Shown here: one piece after another, positions 1 through 8,633 of the stretch
Numbering within the stretch: the first letter of the stretch is position 1
How the letters are laid out: every line of letters begins with the position of its first letter
Source: a bacterium
Lineage (GTDB): Bacteria; Babelota; Babeliae; Babelales; RVW-14
Reading direction: 5' to 3'
Assembly: GCA_043822925.1 (NCBI GenBank)
Contig: JBDRBF010000040.1
Span: forward strand, 1 to 22,241
Length of the DNA: 22,241 bases
Program-made: the position numbers and the translations under genes
The notes under the pieces: generated by a model
What the model was told of the DNA's origin: nothing
What the model saw: the letters and a program-made list of their open reading frames with translations, nothing else
The model's database searches: none

Positions 1-12
1 AAGGGCAAGATA

Positions 13-1416
13 ATGGGAGCTACTGCTCAACGTTGCTTTGATGAGTGTACGTTTGTTATTCTTGGAGCAACTGGGGATTTGACCAAGCGTAAGCTTATTC
101 CGGCTATTTATAAACTTATAGCAGAACAAAAATTATGTAAATTTGCCATTGTAGGGGCTTCGTTTGATACGGTGACCGTTCAAGATATTCTTGCGCAAGC
201 CAAATTTTTTGTACCTGCGGCAAACCCTGAAATCTGGCAAAAGTTGGAAAAAGCTTTTTATTTTTATAGCATGGATTTTTATAATGCTCGTGCTTATGTT
301 GGTTTTTGTTCTCTTCTAAATAATGTAGAAAAAGAAAATAATCTTGTGGGTAATCGTGTGTTTTACTTTGCAACGTTACCTAAGCACTTTATTACGATTA
401 CCCAAAATTTAGTGCAATCATGTATTGTCAAAAAAAGTACCAAAGATCAGTTGCAAAATAGTTCTGTTTGGACACGCTTAGTGTATGAAAAGCCGTTTGG
501 TGATGATTTAAGTTCTTCAAAAAAGATAAACAAGTATTTGGCGAGCGTTTTTGACGAGAGTCAGATTTTTAGAATAGATAATTATTTAGGTAAAGAGCTT
601 GTTGGTACTATCCCACTTACTCGTTTTACCAATAAAATTTTAGAGCCGCTCTGGAATAATAAACATATAGATTCTGTGCATATTAATTTGAGTGAAAATT
701 TGGGCATTCAAAATCGCGGGCTATATTACGATAATTATGGCGCCATTAAAGATATGGTTCAGAGCCATATGTTACAGTTAATGGGCTTAACGACTATGGA
801 AGCTCCAGAATCTTTAAGTGCTCGGGCAATTCGTGATGCAAAAGCAGCCGTGTTCAAGAAAGTTATTATTGAAAAAGTGGTTGTTGGGCAGTGTGATGAT
901 TATACAAAAGAAAAATCTGTAGCATCTGATTCTCAGACAGAGACATATGTTGCCATTAAAGCGAGCGTTAATAATAAGCGTTGGCGAGGCGTGCCGTTTT
1001 ATTTAACGACCGGAAAATATTTGAGTAAGAAAGAATCGAGTATTCGTCTTAATTTTAAAAGAGTTAAATGTCTTTTAAATACTTGTCCATCGGTTCCTAA
1101 TTATTTTATTGTTAAGATCTTTCCTGTCGAAGGTATGAGTTTTGGTGTAAATGCAAAAGTACCTGGCAGTAGTTATGAAGTAACGCCTGTAGAGATGGAT
1201 TTTTGCCACGGATGTTTGTTTGGGCCAAATACTCCTGAATCTTATGAGACGCTTCTTTCTGATGTTATTAAAGGGGATCAGTCGGCATTTGTTCGTTCAG
1301 ATGAAGTTGAAAGTTCCTGGAGAATTGTTAAACAAATTGAAGCTTTAAAGGGGCCTCTTTGTATCTATAAAAAAGAATCACAAGGGCCAGTTCAAGCCCA
1401 AGAAATTTATAAGTAA
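13..1416 (+). CDS. zwf: Glucose-6-phosphate 1-dehydrogenase
   Basis: GATGDL Rossmann motif, EKPFG, RIDNYLGKE (canonical RIDHYLGKE), DMVQSH, RWRGVPFY..TGK; adjacent to gnd. Confidence 0.95.
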   Translation: MGATAQRCFDECTFVILGATGDLTKRKLIPAIYKLIAEQKLCKFAIVGASFDTVTVQDILAQAKFFVPAANPEIWQKLEKAFYFYSMDFYNARAYVGFCSLLNNVEKENNLVGNRVFYFATLPKHFITITQNLVQSCIVKKSTKDQLQNSSVWTRLVYEKPFGDDLSSSKKINKYLASVFDESQIFRIDNYLGKELVGTIPLTRFTNKILEPLWNNKHIDSVHINLSENLGIQNRGLYYDNYGAIKDMVQSHMLQLMGLTTMEAPESLSARAIRDAKAAVFKKVIIEKVVVGQCDDYTKEKSVASDSQTETYVAIKASVNNKRWRGVPFYLTTGKYLSKKESSIRLNFKRVKCLLNTCPSVPNYFIVKIFPVEGMSFGVNAKVPGSSYEVTPVEMDFCHGCLFGPNTPESYETLLSDVIKGDQSAFVRSDEVESSWRIVKQIEALKGPLCIYKKESQGPVQAQEIYK

Positions 1417-1429
1417 GGGGGCCGCTGAC

Positions 1430-2386
1430 ATGAATCAGAACATGAATAAAAATATAAATATTGGTGTTATTGGGTTGGGTAAAATGGGCCTGGGTATTGC
1501 AGAGCGTCTTATAAAATCAGGCTTTACGGTTGCTGGTTTTGATCCTAGCGAAGCTAGTTGTCAGCAAGCAAGTGCGCTTGGCGTAACTATTGCAAAAAAT
1601 TTACAAGACATAGCTGGTATGGTACAAACATTTTGGCTGATGCTTCCTGCAGGACCAATTATTGACGATGTGCTTGAAAAACTTACACAATACATAAAAC
1701 CTGACGTAATAAATCTTGGGGTAATTATTATTGATGGTGGCAATAGTTTTTTTAAAGACAGTATTAAGCGTAATAAAAAATTAACAGAAAAAAATATTTC
1801 TTATTTAGATTGTGGTACTTCAGGTGGCTTGGCCGGTAGAGAAATGGGCTATTCGCTCATGATCGGCGGCGACAAAAAAGCATTCGAGCGTGCAGTCGCT
1901 ATTTTTAATGCAATTGCTGCGCCTGGTGGCTATGGGTACATGGGGCAGTCTGGTTCAGGGCATTATGTAAAAATGGTGCATAACGGGATCGAGTATTCGT
2001 TATTACAGGCATATGCCGAGGGCTTTCACTTATTAAAAGAGGGCCATTACAAGAATCTTGATTTGTCTGAAATTACACGTGTCTGGCAGCATGGGTCTAT
2101 TATTCGTTCGTATATCGTAGATTTATCACATACTGTTTTTTCGCGAGATCAAGAGCTTGAAAAAGTTTCAGGCCAAATAGGTGAAAATAAGACCGGGCGT
2201 TGGGCGATTGAAGAAGCGCAAGCGCAATATATTCCTATGGATTTACTCGAGCACTCTCTTGCGATTCGTGAGCTATCTCGTGAAACAGGTGGCAATTATG
2301 CAACAAAAGTTGTTGCCATGTTACGTCATGAATTTGGGGGCCATGAAGTTAAGCTTGAAGTCAACCCAGAAGCAAAAAAAGAGTAA
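1430..2386 (+). CDS. gnd: 6-phosphogluconate dehydrogenase, decarboxylating (short ~300-aa type)
   Basis: IGLGKMG, IIDGGNS, DCGTSGG, GHYVKMVHNGIEY, C-terminal RHEFGGH; AAGGGG upstream of the ATG. Confidence 0.95.
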   Translation: MNQNMNKNINIGVIGLGKMGLGIAERLIKSGFTVAGFDPSEASCQQASALGVTIAKNLQDIAGMVQTFWLMLPAGPIIDDVLEKLTQYIKPDVINLGVIIIDGGNSFFKDSIKRNKKLTEKNISYLDCGTSGGLAGREMGYSLMIGGDKKAFERAVAIFNAIAAPGGYGYMGQSGSGHYVKMVHNGIEYSLLQAYAEGFHLLKEGHYKNLDLSEITRVWQHGSIIRSYIVDLSHTVFSRDQELEKVSGQIGENKTGRWAIEEAQAQYIPMDLLEHSLAIRELSRETGGNYATKVVAMLRHEFGGHEVKLEVNPEAKKE

Positions 2387-2391
2387 AAAAT

Positions 2392-3021
2392 ATGAAAAAA
2401 ATAATCGATATAAGTTGGCCGATTACGCAAGATATTACGACGTATAAAGATCGCAAAAACGTGCACTTTGAGCATAGCAGGATATTTGATCGGGATGGGA
2501 CGCATGAATCAAGTATTTGTATTTATTCTCACACCGGCACCCATATTGATGCGCCGGCGCATTTTGTGCGAGATGGCAAGGCTGTTGATCAAATAGCGTT
2601 AGATGCGCTTATTGGTGCCTGTCGTGTTTTAGATTTCACGCACATAACCGAAAAAATTACGGCGCAAGATTTAAGCGTGCAGGATATTCAGGCTGGCCAA
2701 AAAATCTTGTTTAAAACAAAAAATAGCTTATTAGGTGATATCTCACCGTTTGAAAAAGATTTTGTATATCTGGATAAATCTGGCGCGCAATTTTTAGCTG
2801 ATAAAAAAGTGTCTTTAATTGGGCATGATTATCTTGGCATAGAGCGTAATCAGCCAGAACATGAGACGCACAAAATTTTGCTTGAGCATAACGTTGTTAT
2901 TATCGAGGGGTTACGTTTAGGGCATGTTGTCCCCGGGGATTATTCTTTGTGCTGTTTGCCTATTGCTATAAAAGGGCTTGAGGCAGTTATGGCACGCGCT
3001 GTATTATTTATAAATATTTAA
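2392..3021 (+). CDS. Cyclase-family (kynurenine formamidase-like) metal-dependent hydrolase
   Basis: HTGTHIDAPAH matches HxGTHxDxPxH; IIDIS start, IIEGL, and C-terminal ARAV. Confidence 0.9.
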   Translation: MKKIIDISWPITQDITTYKDRKNVHFEHSRIFDRDGTHESSICIYSHTGTHIDAPAHFVRDGKAVDQIALDALIGACRVLDFTHITEKITAQDLSVQDIQAGQKILFKTKNSLLGDISPFEKDFVYLDKSGAQFLADKKVSLIGHDYLGIERNQPEHETHKILLEHNVVIIEGLRLGHVVPGDYSLCCLPIAIKGLEAVMARAVLFINI

Positions 3022-3044
3022 AATATTAAGTTAAGGTGAGAAAT

Positions 3045-3758
3045 ATGCAAGAGCATCATCGCAATAGAGATTTTATTCATCATCAGAGTCACGCTTATTT
3101 ATATGGTCGCGAGATTGTTTTTGGTGTGCAAGATGGCATGGTTTCGGTTATCGGTGCTTTGACTGGAATCGCTGTCGGTGCAAATGATCATTTTGTCGTA
3201 TTGCTTTCTGGGCTAGCAATAATTAGCATGGGTGCCATTTCTATGGCGATTGGAACTTTTATTTCTCTTGGGACCGAACGAAAAATGCAAAAGCGCATGA
3301 TTTATGAAGAAAAAATTGAGCTCAGTCAACGGCCCATAGAAGAAAGAAAAGAAATAGAAACGCTTTTTATCAAAGATGGTTGGCCGAAAACTATGGCAAA
3401 GAAAATGGCTGAGTGTGCGGCTGAAAATGAGGAGTTGATGTTGAATGAAATGTCCTATCGAGAGCTTTCGATTATTCCCGAAAAAACATCGCATCCATTT
3501 AAGAATTCGATGGTTATGTTTATGTCATGGCTTTGTGGCGGCTTTGTTCCAATGCTTCCCTATTTTTTTTGTTCGGTTTCTTTTGGTGTTTATATTTCGA
3601 TAGGTATAACCCTTTTGGGCTTGTTTCTTTTGGGGGTTATTACCAGTAGGTACACTAAGCAAAATCCATTAATGGCTGGATTTACGATCTTTTTGTTGGC
3701 GGGCGCGGCCATTGGTATTGGATATACGATCGGGCATTTTGCGAATATGCTTATATAA
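3045..3758 (+). CDS. VIT1/CCC1 family Fe/Mn transporter
   Basis: VFGVQDG motif, two N-terminal TMs, Glu-rich soluble region, three C-terminal TMs, His-rich N-terminus. ATG 3045 preferred over GTG 3036 because AAGGTG lies upstream. Confidence 0.9.
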   Translation: MQEHHRNRDFIHHQSHAYLYGREIVFGVQDGMVSVIGALTGIAVGANDHFVVLLSGLAIISMGAISMAIGTFISLGTERKMQKRMIYEEKIELSQRPIEERKEIETLFIKDGWPKTMAKKMAECAAENEELMLNEMSYRELSIIPEKTSHPFKNSMVMFMSWLCGGFVPMLPYFFCSVSFGVYISIGITLLGLFLLGVITSRYTKQNPLMAGFTIFLLAGAAIGIGYTIGHFANMLI

Positions 3759-3957
3759 TATTAAATTTTTAATTTTTAGGATCATCGCGCAATCTTTTCG
3801 TAGGTTATCGTTCTGTCTTCAGAAAAAGAGTAATCGTATTTTTTTTATGCTAGACGTTTATTTTTGTGGCGTTTTTTAGGCGACTGGATTTGCAGGCCCG
3901 ACTATAAGGGAGTATGTGTTGGTTTTTTGTTTTTTAAGTTTGAAGTAAAAAGTCTGG

Positions 3958-3985
3958 TTGACTTTCAATAGTTGCTCTCTAGAAT
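3958..3985 (+). promoter_or_regulatory. Putative sigma70 promoter for the MutS-like gene
   Basis: TTGACT (3958-3963), 16-nt spacer, TAGAAT (3980-3985). Confidence 0.55.
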
Positions 3986-4041
3986 TGGGAGATATTCTTT
4001 ATTGATTTGCTGTTTTTTATTTGTGGGCGGGAGTTTTTAGC

Positions 4042-6249
4042 GTGAATTTGTTTTTTTTGAATAAGTTTTATATAAAAATATCTGTATTATTTTTTGCGAT
4101 AATTATAAATATTTCTTTTTTTAATGTGATTGTGTGTGGCGAAAATAAAAACGATTTTGAGCAAAAACTTAATGCACGTCAGGCTGTGCTTGAGTTAATT
4201 AAAGATTTAAATTTACGGACATTTGATAGAGATGATGATCATTATGATTGCCAAACGCTCCAAGAATATATTGAATTGTGTTTGCAGTTAATTTTGAACC
4301 CTAAGCCGGTTGAGCTTCGTGAGAATGCTTTTAAATTTTTAAAAGTAGGTGCTCACATAAGCGATGCTCACGAGAATCAAGGACAAGTACAAAAACAAGA
4401 AAATGGGCTTGCATCGTGCAGGAGTGATAAAAAAGATAATGTTACGTGGCAAAATCTTGATCTTTTTTCTTCACAAGAAAAAAATGCAAATTACGTAGCC
4501 AAAGCGCTTGACCGAATGTGTACAGAAATTGGTCGTGTTGTATTTTTTGAGCAACTTGCATATCCCATAATCGGTGTCGATATTCTTAAAAAGCGTCAAA
4601 ATATTATAAAAACATGTGTTCAAAATACAGAATTGGCAGAGCATCTTGATGCGTTGTTGGTTCGCTTGCAAGAATCAGAAAAAGTTATGCTTTCTTTTTG
4701 GGATAACCAGGGGATTGGAAGAAGTTTTCAGTATAACCTAGAAGGTTATCACGTTGTTGGAAAATGGTTACAGAATGTTTATGGTTTAAAAGAACTTAAT
4801 TCAAGTAAGCATGCGTTATTATTAAAAAATATTCGTGACTATATTGTTAGCACTATTGGTGTAACGACTGGTGCCATTTCAGCAGCCGTACTAATTTATT
4901 ATGGTGCTCGGCTTGCTTTTAGCAATGTTAATTTGCCAGGTCTAGAAGATCGTGCAGGCAGAGCGTGCGGTTCGGCAGGTCTTGAGTTTCCGTACTTGTG
5001 GGATTTTACAAATAATCGTTGGGTGCGTTCGTCAGTTGCCCTAACTGGGGGTGTTTTGTGTGCTGTCGGCACATGGGAAAATATAAAGCAAATGCGTAAT
5101 AACGTTTTAATCGAGCAGGCAGCATATATTTTTATGCTTAATATTGCGCGTTATTTGTCTATAAGTAAAAAATTATATGGGTGCATAAAAACGAGCGATA
5201 TTTTGTATAAGTTTGAGGATTTTGCGGGGCTCATAAAGTTTTTTGAACAAGATATAAAAACAGATGAGCAGCTGGGCGAGCTTATGAATCTTATAGAAAC
5301 AAGTACGCTTCAGGGCAGCGGGAAGAATTTGGAAAATATTGAGATTCTTTTTAACCGTGGCGTTGTAATACGTTTTTTTGATCTTTTTATAAAAGAGCAT
5401 GAAAAATTGCATGCCATGATGATAGCTATAGGCAAACTTGATATGTATGCGTCGTGTGCAAAATTATACAAAGAATTTGAGCATAAACAGGTGTGTTTTT
5501 GTTTTCCTGAGTATGTCGAGACTCAAAAGCCGTTTATTAAAATGCAAGAATTTTGGCATCTATTAATAGATAGCGAAAAAGTTGTTTCTAATAGCGTTAC
5601 GTTGGGCACTGACGGGCAGAGACAAAACCTGATAATTACGGGCCCCAATGCTGGTGGCAAATCCTGTATTTTAAAAGCGGTGACCCTGAGTTTATTATTG
5701 GCTCAAACGATTGGGATAGCTCCAGCTAAATCGTTGGCATTTACGCCGTTTAAATTAATTTCGACGTATTTGAATATAGCTGACGATATTAATGCTGGTA
5801 GTTCGTTATTTAAATCAGAAGTGCTGCGAGCTCAAGAGTTACTAGATAGAATACAGGGATTTGGGCCGGGAGAGTTTGCGTTTACGGTATATGACGAAAT
5901 ATTTAAGGGCACGTCACCTGTTGAGGGTACGGCTGCAGCATATGGTGTTGCTAAGTTACTTGGTACGCTTGATAATAGTATATGTTTGATAGCGACGCAT
6001 TTTGGGGTGCTGACAGAACTTGAACAGGAAACAGATAATTTTAGTAATTATAAAGTTACGGTAAATAAGCGTCAGGCCAGAGTTCTTGGGGGCGTTAGCA
6101 TAGAGTACCCGTTTAAGTTAGTTACTGGGCTATCAGACCAGCATGTTGCCCTAGATATACTTCAGAATGAGGGGATTACGGGCTCAGTTGTCCAAGATGC
6201 AAAAAAAATTATTGATAAACAAAATATAGTTTTATTGAAAAAGAGTTGA
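4042..6249 (+). CDS. MutS-related ATPase (partial lever region + domain V) with N-terminal signal/TM and internal hydrophobic segments; not canonical MutS1/MutS2
   Basis: Walker A ITGPNAGGKS, SSLFKSE, Walker B YDEIFKGT, IATHF, T.IGR lever-type motif; no mismatch-binding or Smr domain recognisable. GTG 4042 follows GGGAG. Confidence 0.85.
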   Translation: MNLFFLNKFYIKISVLFFAIIINISFFNVIVCGENKNDFEQKLNARQAVLELIKDLNLRTFDRDDDHYDCQTLQEYIELCLQLILNPKPVELRENAFKFLKVGAHISDAHENQGQVQKQENGLASCRSDKKDNVTWQNLDLFSSQEKNANYVAKALDRMCTEIGRVVFFEQLAYPIIGVDILKKRQNIIKTCVQNTELAEHLDALLVRLQESEKVMLSFWDNQGIGRSFQYNLEGYHVVGKWLQNVYGLKELNSSKHALLLKNIRDYIVSTIGVTTGAISAAVLIYYGARLAFSNVNLPGLEDRAGRACGSAGLEFPYLWDFTNNRWVRSSVALTGGVLCAVGTWENIKQMRNNVLIEQAAYIFMLNIARYLSISKKLYGCIKTSDILYKFEDFAGLIKFFEQDIKTDEQLGELMNLIETSTLQGSGKNLENIEILFNRGVVIRFFDLFIKEHEKLHAMMIAIGKLDMYASCAKLYKEFEHKQVCFCFPEYVETQKPFIKMQEFWHLLIDSEKVVSNSVTLGTDGQRQNLIITGPNAGGKSCILKAVTLSLLLAQTIGIAPAKSLAFTPFKLISTYLNIADDINAGSSLFKSEVLRAQELLDRIQGFGPGEFAFTVYDEIFKGTSPVEGTAAAYGVAKLLGTLDNSICLIATHFGVLTELEQETDNFSNYKVTVNKRQARVLGGVSIEYPFKLVTGLSDQHVALDILQNEGITGSVVQDAKKIIDKQNIVLLKKS

Positions 6250-6274
6250 CATTAACAGCTAGAACATATAGTCT
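6246..6274 (+). promoter_or_regulatory. Putative sigma70 promoter for tRNA-Phe/ffh
   Basis: TTGACA (6246-6251, contains the upstream TGA stop), 17-nt spacer, TAGTCT (6269-6274). Confidence 0.6.
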
Positions 6275-6338
6275 ACCGTTTGAAAAGACCTTCTGATAGG
6301 TCGTTTTGAAATAACGAGCCACATTCAAGAAAAACCGT

Positions 6339-6414
6339 GCCAGGGTAGCTCAGGTGGTAGAGCAGAAGACTGAAAATCTTTGTGTCGGCGGTTCAACTCC
6401 GCCTCCTGGCACCA
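6339..6414 (+). tRNA. tRNA-Phe (GAA)
   Basis: 76 nt; acceptor GCCAGGG/TCCTGGC, D arm AGCTCAGGTGGTAGAGC, anticodon loop CT-GAA-AA, T loop TTCAACT, encoded CCA. Confidence 0.98.
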
Positions 6415-6477
6415 GTCAGTTTCGATCCGATAAATATTTTTATTATTTTTGGTTATAAGTAAATAAAGAAGTGAAGT

Positions 6478-7821
6478 ATGTTTGATTTTTTATCGCAAAA
6501 GTTTTCTGGGGTTTTGGGTTGGTTAAAAGACCGTGGCCGGCTTACCGAAGAAAATATAAATCAAGCTATTGGTCAAGTGCGCGAAGCGCTTCTTGAGGCC
6601 GACGTGCCACTTTCTGTGGTCGAAGATTTTTTAGCTCAAATAAAAAATGAAATTGTTGGTGATAAAGTTCAATCAGCGCTTAATCCAGGTCAGCAATGTA
6701 TTAAAATCGTTCACGATAAAGTTTTAGACTTTCTTGGTGGCAAGAATGCGTTGCCTCCGGTAGCGTTTCAAATTCCATCAATAATTATGGTAATGGGGTT
6801 GCAGGGGTCCGGAAAAACAACTAGTGTTGCTAAAATTGCATATTGGTTAATTCAACAAGCGAAGAGCAGGGGTAAGCAACGCAGAGTTTTGTTTGCTTCA
6901 GTCGATTTTTATCGTCCTGCGGCTGTTGAACAATTAGAGATTCTTGCTAAAAATATTGATGTGCATTTTTATAGAGCCAGTTCCCAAGATCCAGTAAAAG
7001 CTGCAAAAGAAATAAAAGATTATTTTAAGAAAAATGGCTACGAATTTTTGTTTCTCGATACGGCGGGTCGTTTACACATAGATGATACTATGATGCAGGA
7101 ATTAAAATCTGTTGAACGAGTTGTTGATCCACAATATAAATTTTTGGTACTTGATGCAATGACTGGTCAAGAATCGTTATCTGTTGCAAAATCATTTAAT
7201 CAAGCTATTGGTTTTAATTCTGTTGTTTTAACCAAGATGGATAGCGATGCTCGTGGTGGTGCTGCATTTGCATTTAAATATGCGATAGGGAAACCAATAA
7301 CATTTGTTGGTTCTGGTGAAAAAGTTGAAGATCTTGAGCTTTTTATACCTGAACGAATGGTCTCGCGTATTCTTGGTATGGGCGATATCATGACTTTGAT
7401 TGAAAAAGCAAGCGAGGGAATTGATAATCAGCAGCAAGAAACAATGAGCAAGCGTATGCTTGAAGGTCATTTTTCGCTTAAAGATTTTGCCGATCAAATT
7501 GATATGGTAAATAAGATAGGATCGCTCCAAAAGATATCACGATATTTGCCTGGCAGCGGTCAAATATCAGAAGATGCTATGGAAAAAGGACAAGTAGAAA
7601 TTAAGAAATTTCGTGCAATAATTTCATCAATGACTCCTAAAGAACAGCTATTAGTACATGTTCTCGATGGTTCCCGTAAGAAACGGATCGCTCGCGGAGC
7701 TGGTGTTACGGTGGAAGATGTGAACCAATTGTTACAAAGATTTGAACAAAGTAAACAATTTGTTAAAATGATGAAGAAGAATGGCATGTTTGGCAGTCTT
7801 CTGCGAGGGAAGCTTAAGTAG
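6478..7821 (+). CDS. ffh: Signal recognition particle protein Ffh
   Basis: ALLEADV, GLQGSGKTT, DTAGR, TKMD.DARGG, RILGMGD, M domain SRKKRIARGAG. Confidence 0.98.
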   Translation: MFDFLSQKFSGVLGWLKDRGRLTEENINQAIGQVREALLEADVPLSVVEDFLAQIKNEIVGDKVQSALNPGQQCIKIVHDKVLDFLGGKNALPPVAFQIPSIIMVMGLQGSGKTTSVAKIAYWLIQQAKSRGKQRRVLFASVDFYRPAAVEQLEILAKNIDVHFYRASSQDPVKAAKEIKDYFKKNGYEFLFLDTAGRLHIDDTMMQELKSVERVVDPQYKFLVLDAMTGQESLSVAKSFNQAIGFNSVVLTKMDSDARGGAAFAFKYAIGKPITFVGSGEKVEDLELFIPERMVSRILGMGDIMTLIEKASEGIDNQQQETMSKRMLEGHFSLKDFADQIDMVNKIGSLQKISRYLPGSGQISEDAMEKGQVEIKKFRAIISSMTPKEQLLVHVLDGSRKKRIARGAGVTVEDVNQLLQRFEQSKQFVKMMKKNGMFGSLLRGKLK

Positions 7822-7897
7822 AAATTTGATATTTGTCGCATTCGTGTTGTAGGTAATTATTGTAGATGTTGCAGTATTCTTGAAAGGATTTTATAGA

Positions 7898-8155
7898 ATG
7901 GCAGTTTCAATTCGGTTAAGTCGTTTAGGAAAAAAGAATCGTCCATTCTGGCGTATTGTTGCCGTGGATTCGAGAAAAAAACGCGATGGAGCTTTTTTAG
8001 CAGATTTAGGTACTTATGATCCGCTTACTCATGCATTAATTCAGTTCGATGTTGAAAAGCTTGAAGCGTGGATATCAAAAGGTGCGATTCCTTCTGCTGC
8101 TGTTGTTAGATTGCAAAAGATGTATAAGATCTCTCAATCTAAAGTAGCTGCGTAA
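7898..8155 (+). CDS. rpsP: 30S ribosomal protein S16
   Basis: [29 protein letters not shown]...LGTYDP; ATG 7898 after AAAGGA. Confidence 0.97.
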   Translation: MAVSIRLSRLGKKNRPFWRIVAVDSRKKRDGAFLADLGTYDPLTHALIQFDVEKLEAWISKGAIPSAAVVRLQKMYKISQSKVAA

Positions 8156-8241
8156 TTTATTTACGACTGACACAGTTAGTTCATTTGGTAAATTGGATAA
8201 AGATTTTAGCGAACGTGTTTTTAACATTCGGGAGCCGGGAT

Positions 8242-8475
8242 ATGCTTAAGGAACTTGTTGAGCACATTGTAAAAAAGCTTGTTGATAAACCTGAGAGTGT
8301 CGTTGTAAATGAAATTTGTGGCGAACAAGCAACTATCATAGAGTTGCGTGTTTCCCCTGAAGATTTAGGTAAAGTAATTGGTAAAGAAGGGCGAACTGCT
8401 CGTTCCATTAGAACGCTTGTACATGCTGCAGCGTCTAAAGAACATAAAAGAGCTGTTCTTGAAATATTAGAATAA
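8242..8475 (+). CDS. khpA: KH-domain RNA-binding protein KhpA (YlqC/UPF0109)
   Basis: [18 protein letters not shown]..., [18 protein letters not shown] (GxxG KH loop); conserved position after rpsP; ATG 8242 after GGGAG. Confidence 0.93.
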   Translation: MLKELVEHIVKKLVDKPESVVVNEICGEQATIIELRVSPEDLGKVIGKEGRTARSIRTLVHAAASKEHKRAVLEILE

Positions 8476-8504
8476 AAATTTACGCTTTATTTGAGATCAA
8501 TAAG

Positions 8505-8545
8505 AGCTGGTTGACACGTGTTAAACAATGTCAGCCAGTTTTTTT
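8505..8545 (+). terminator. Putative intrinsic terminator after khpA
   Basis: AGCTGGTTGACA / TGTCAGCCAGTT stem (two G-U pairs) ending in a T run through 8545. Confidence 0.7.
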
Positions 8546-8633
8546 ATTATTAGTGTGTGTTGATTTTACCTTTCGACAAGCTTATTTCTACGCCAAGGCT
8601 ATGGTGCATGGGTAGAATGATAAAAGTATAATT

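Noticed and set aside
3759-3950. Possible ncRNA or small ORF in the VIT1-MutS spacer
   Set aside because: T-rich, with no convincing stems or supported ORF.
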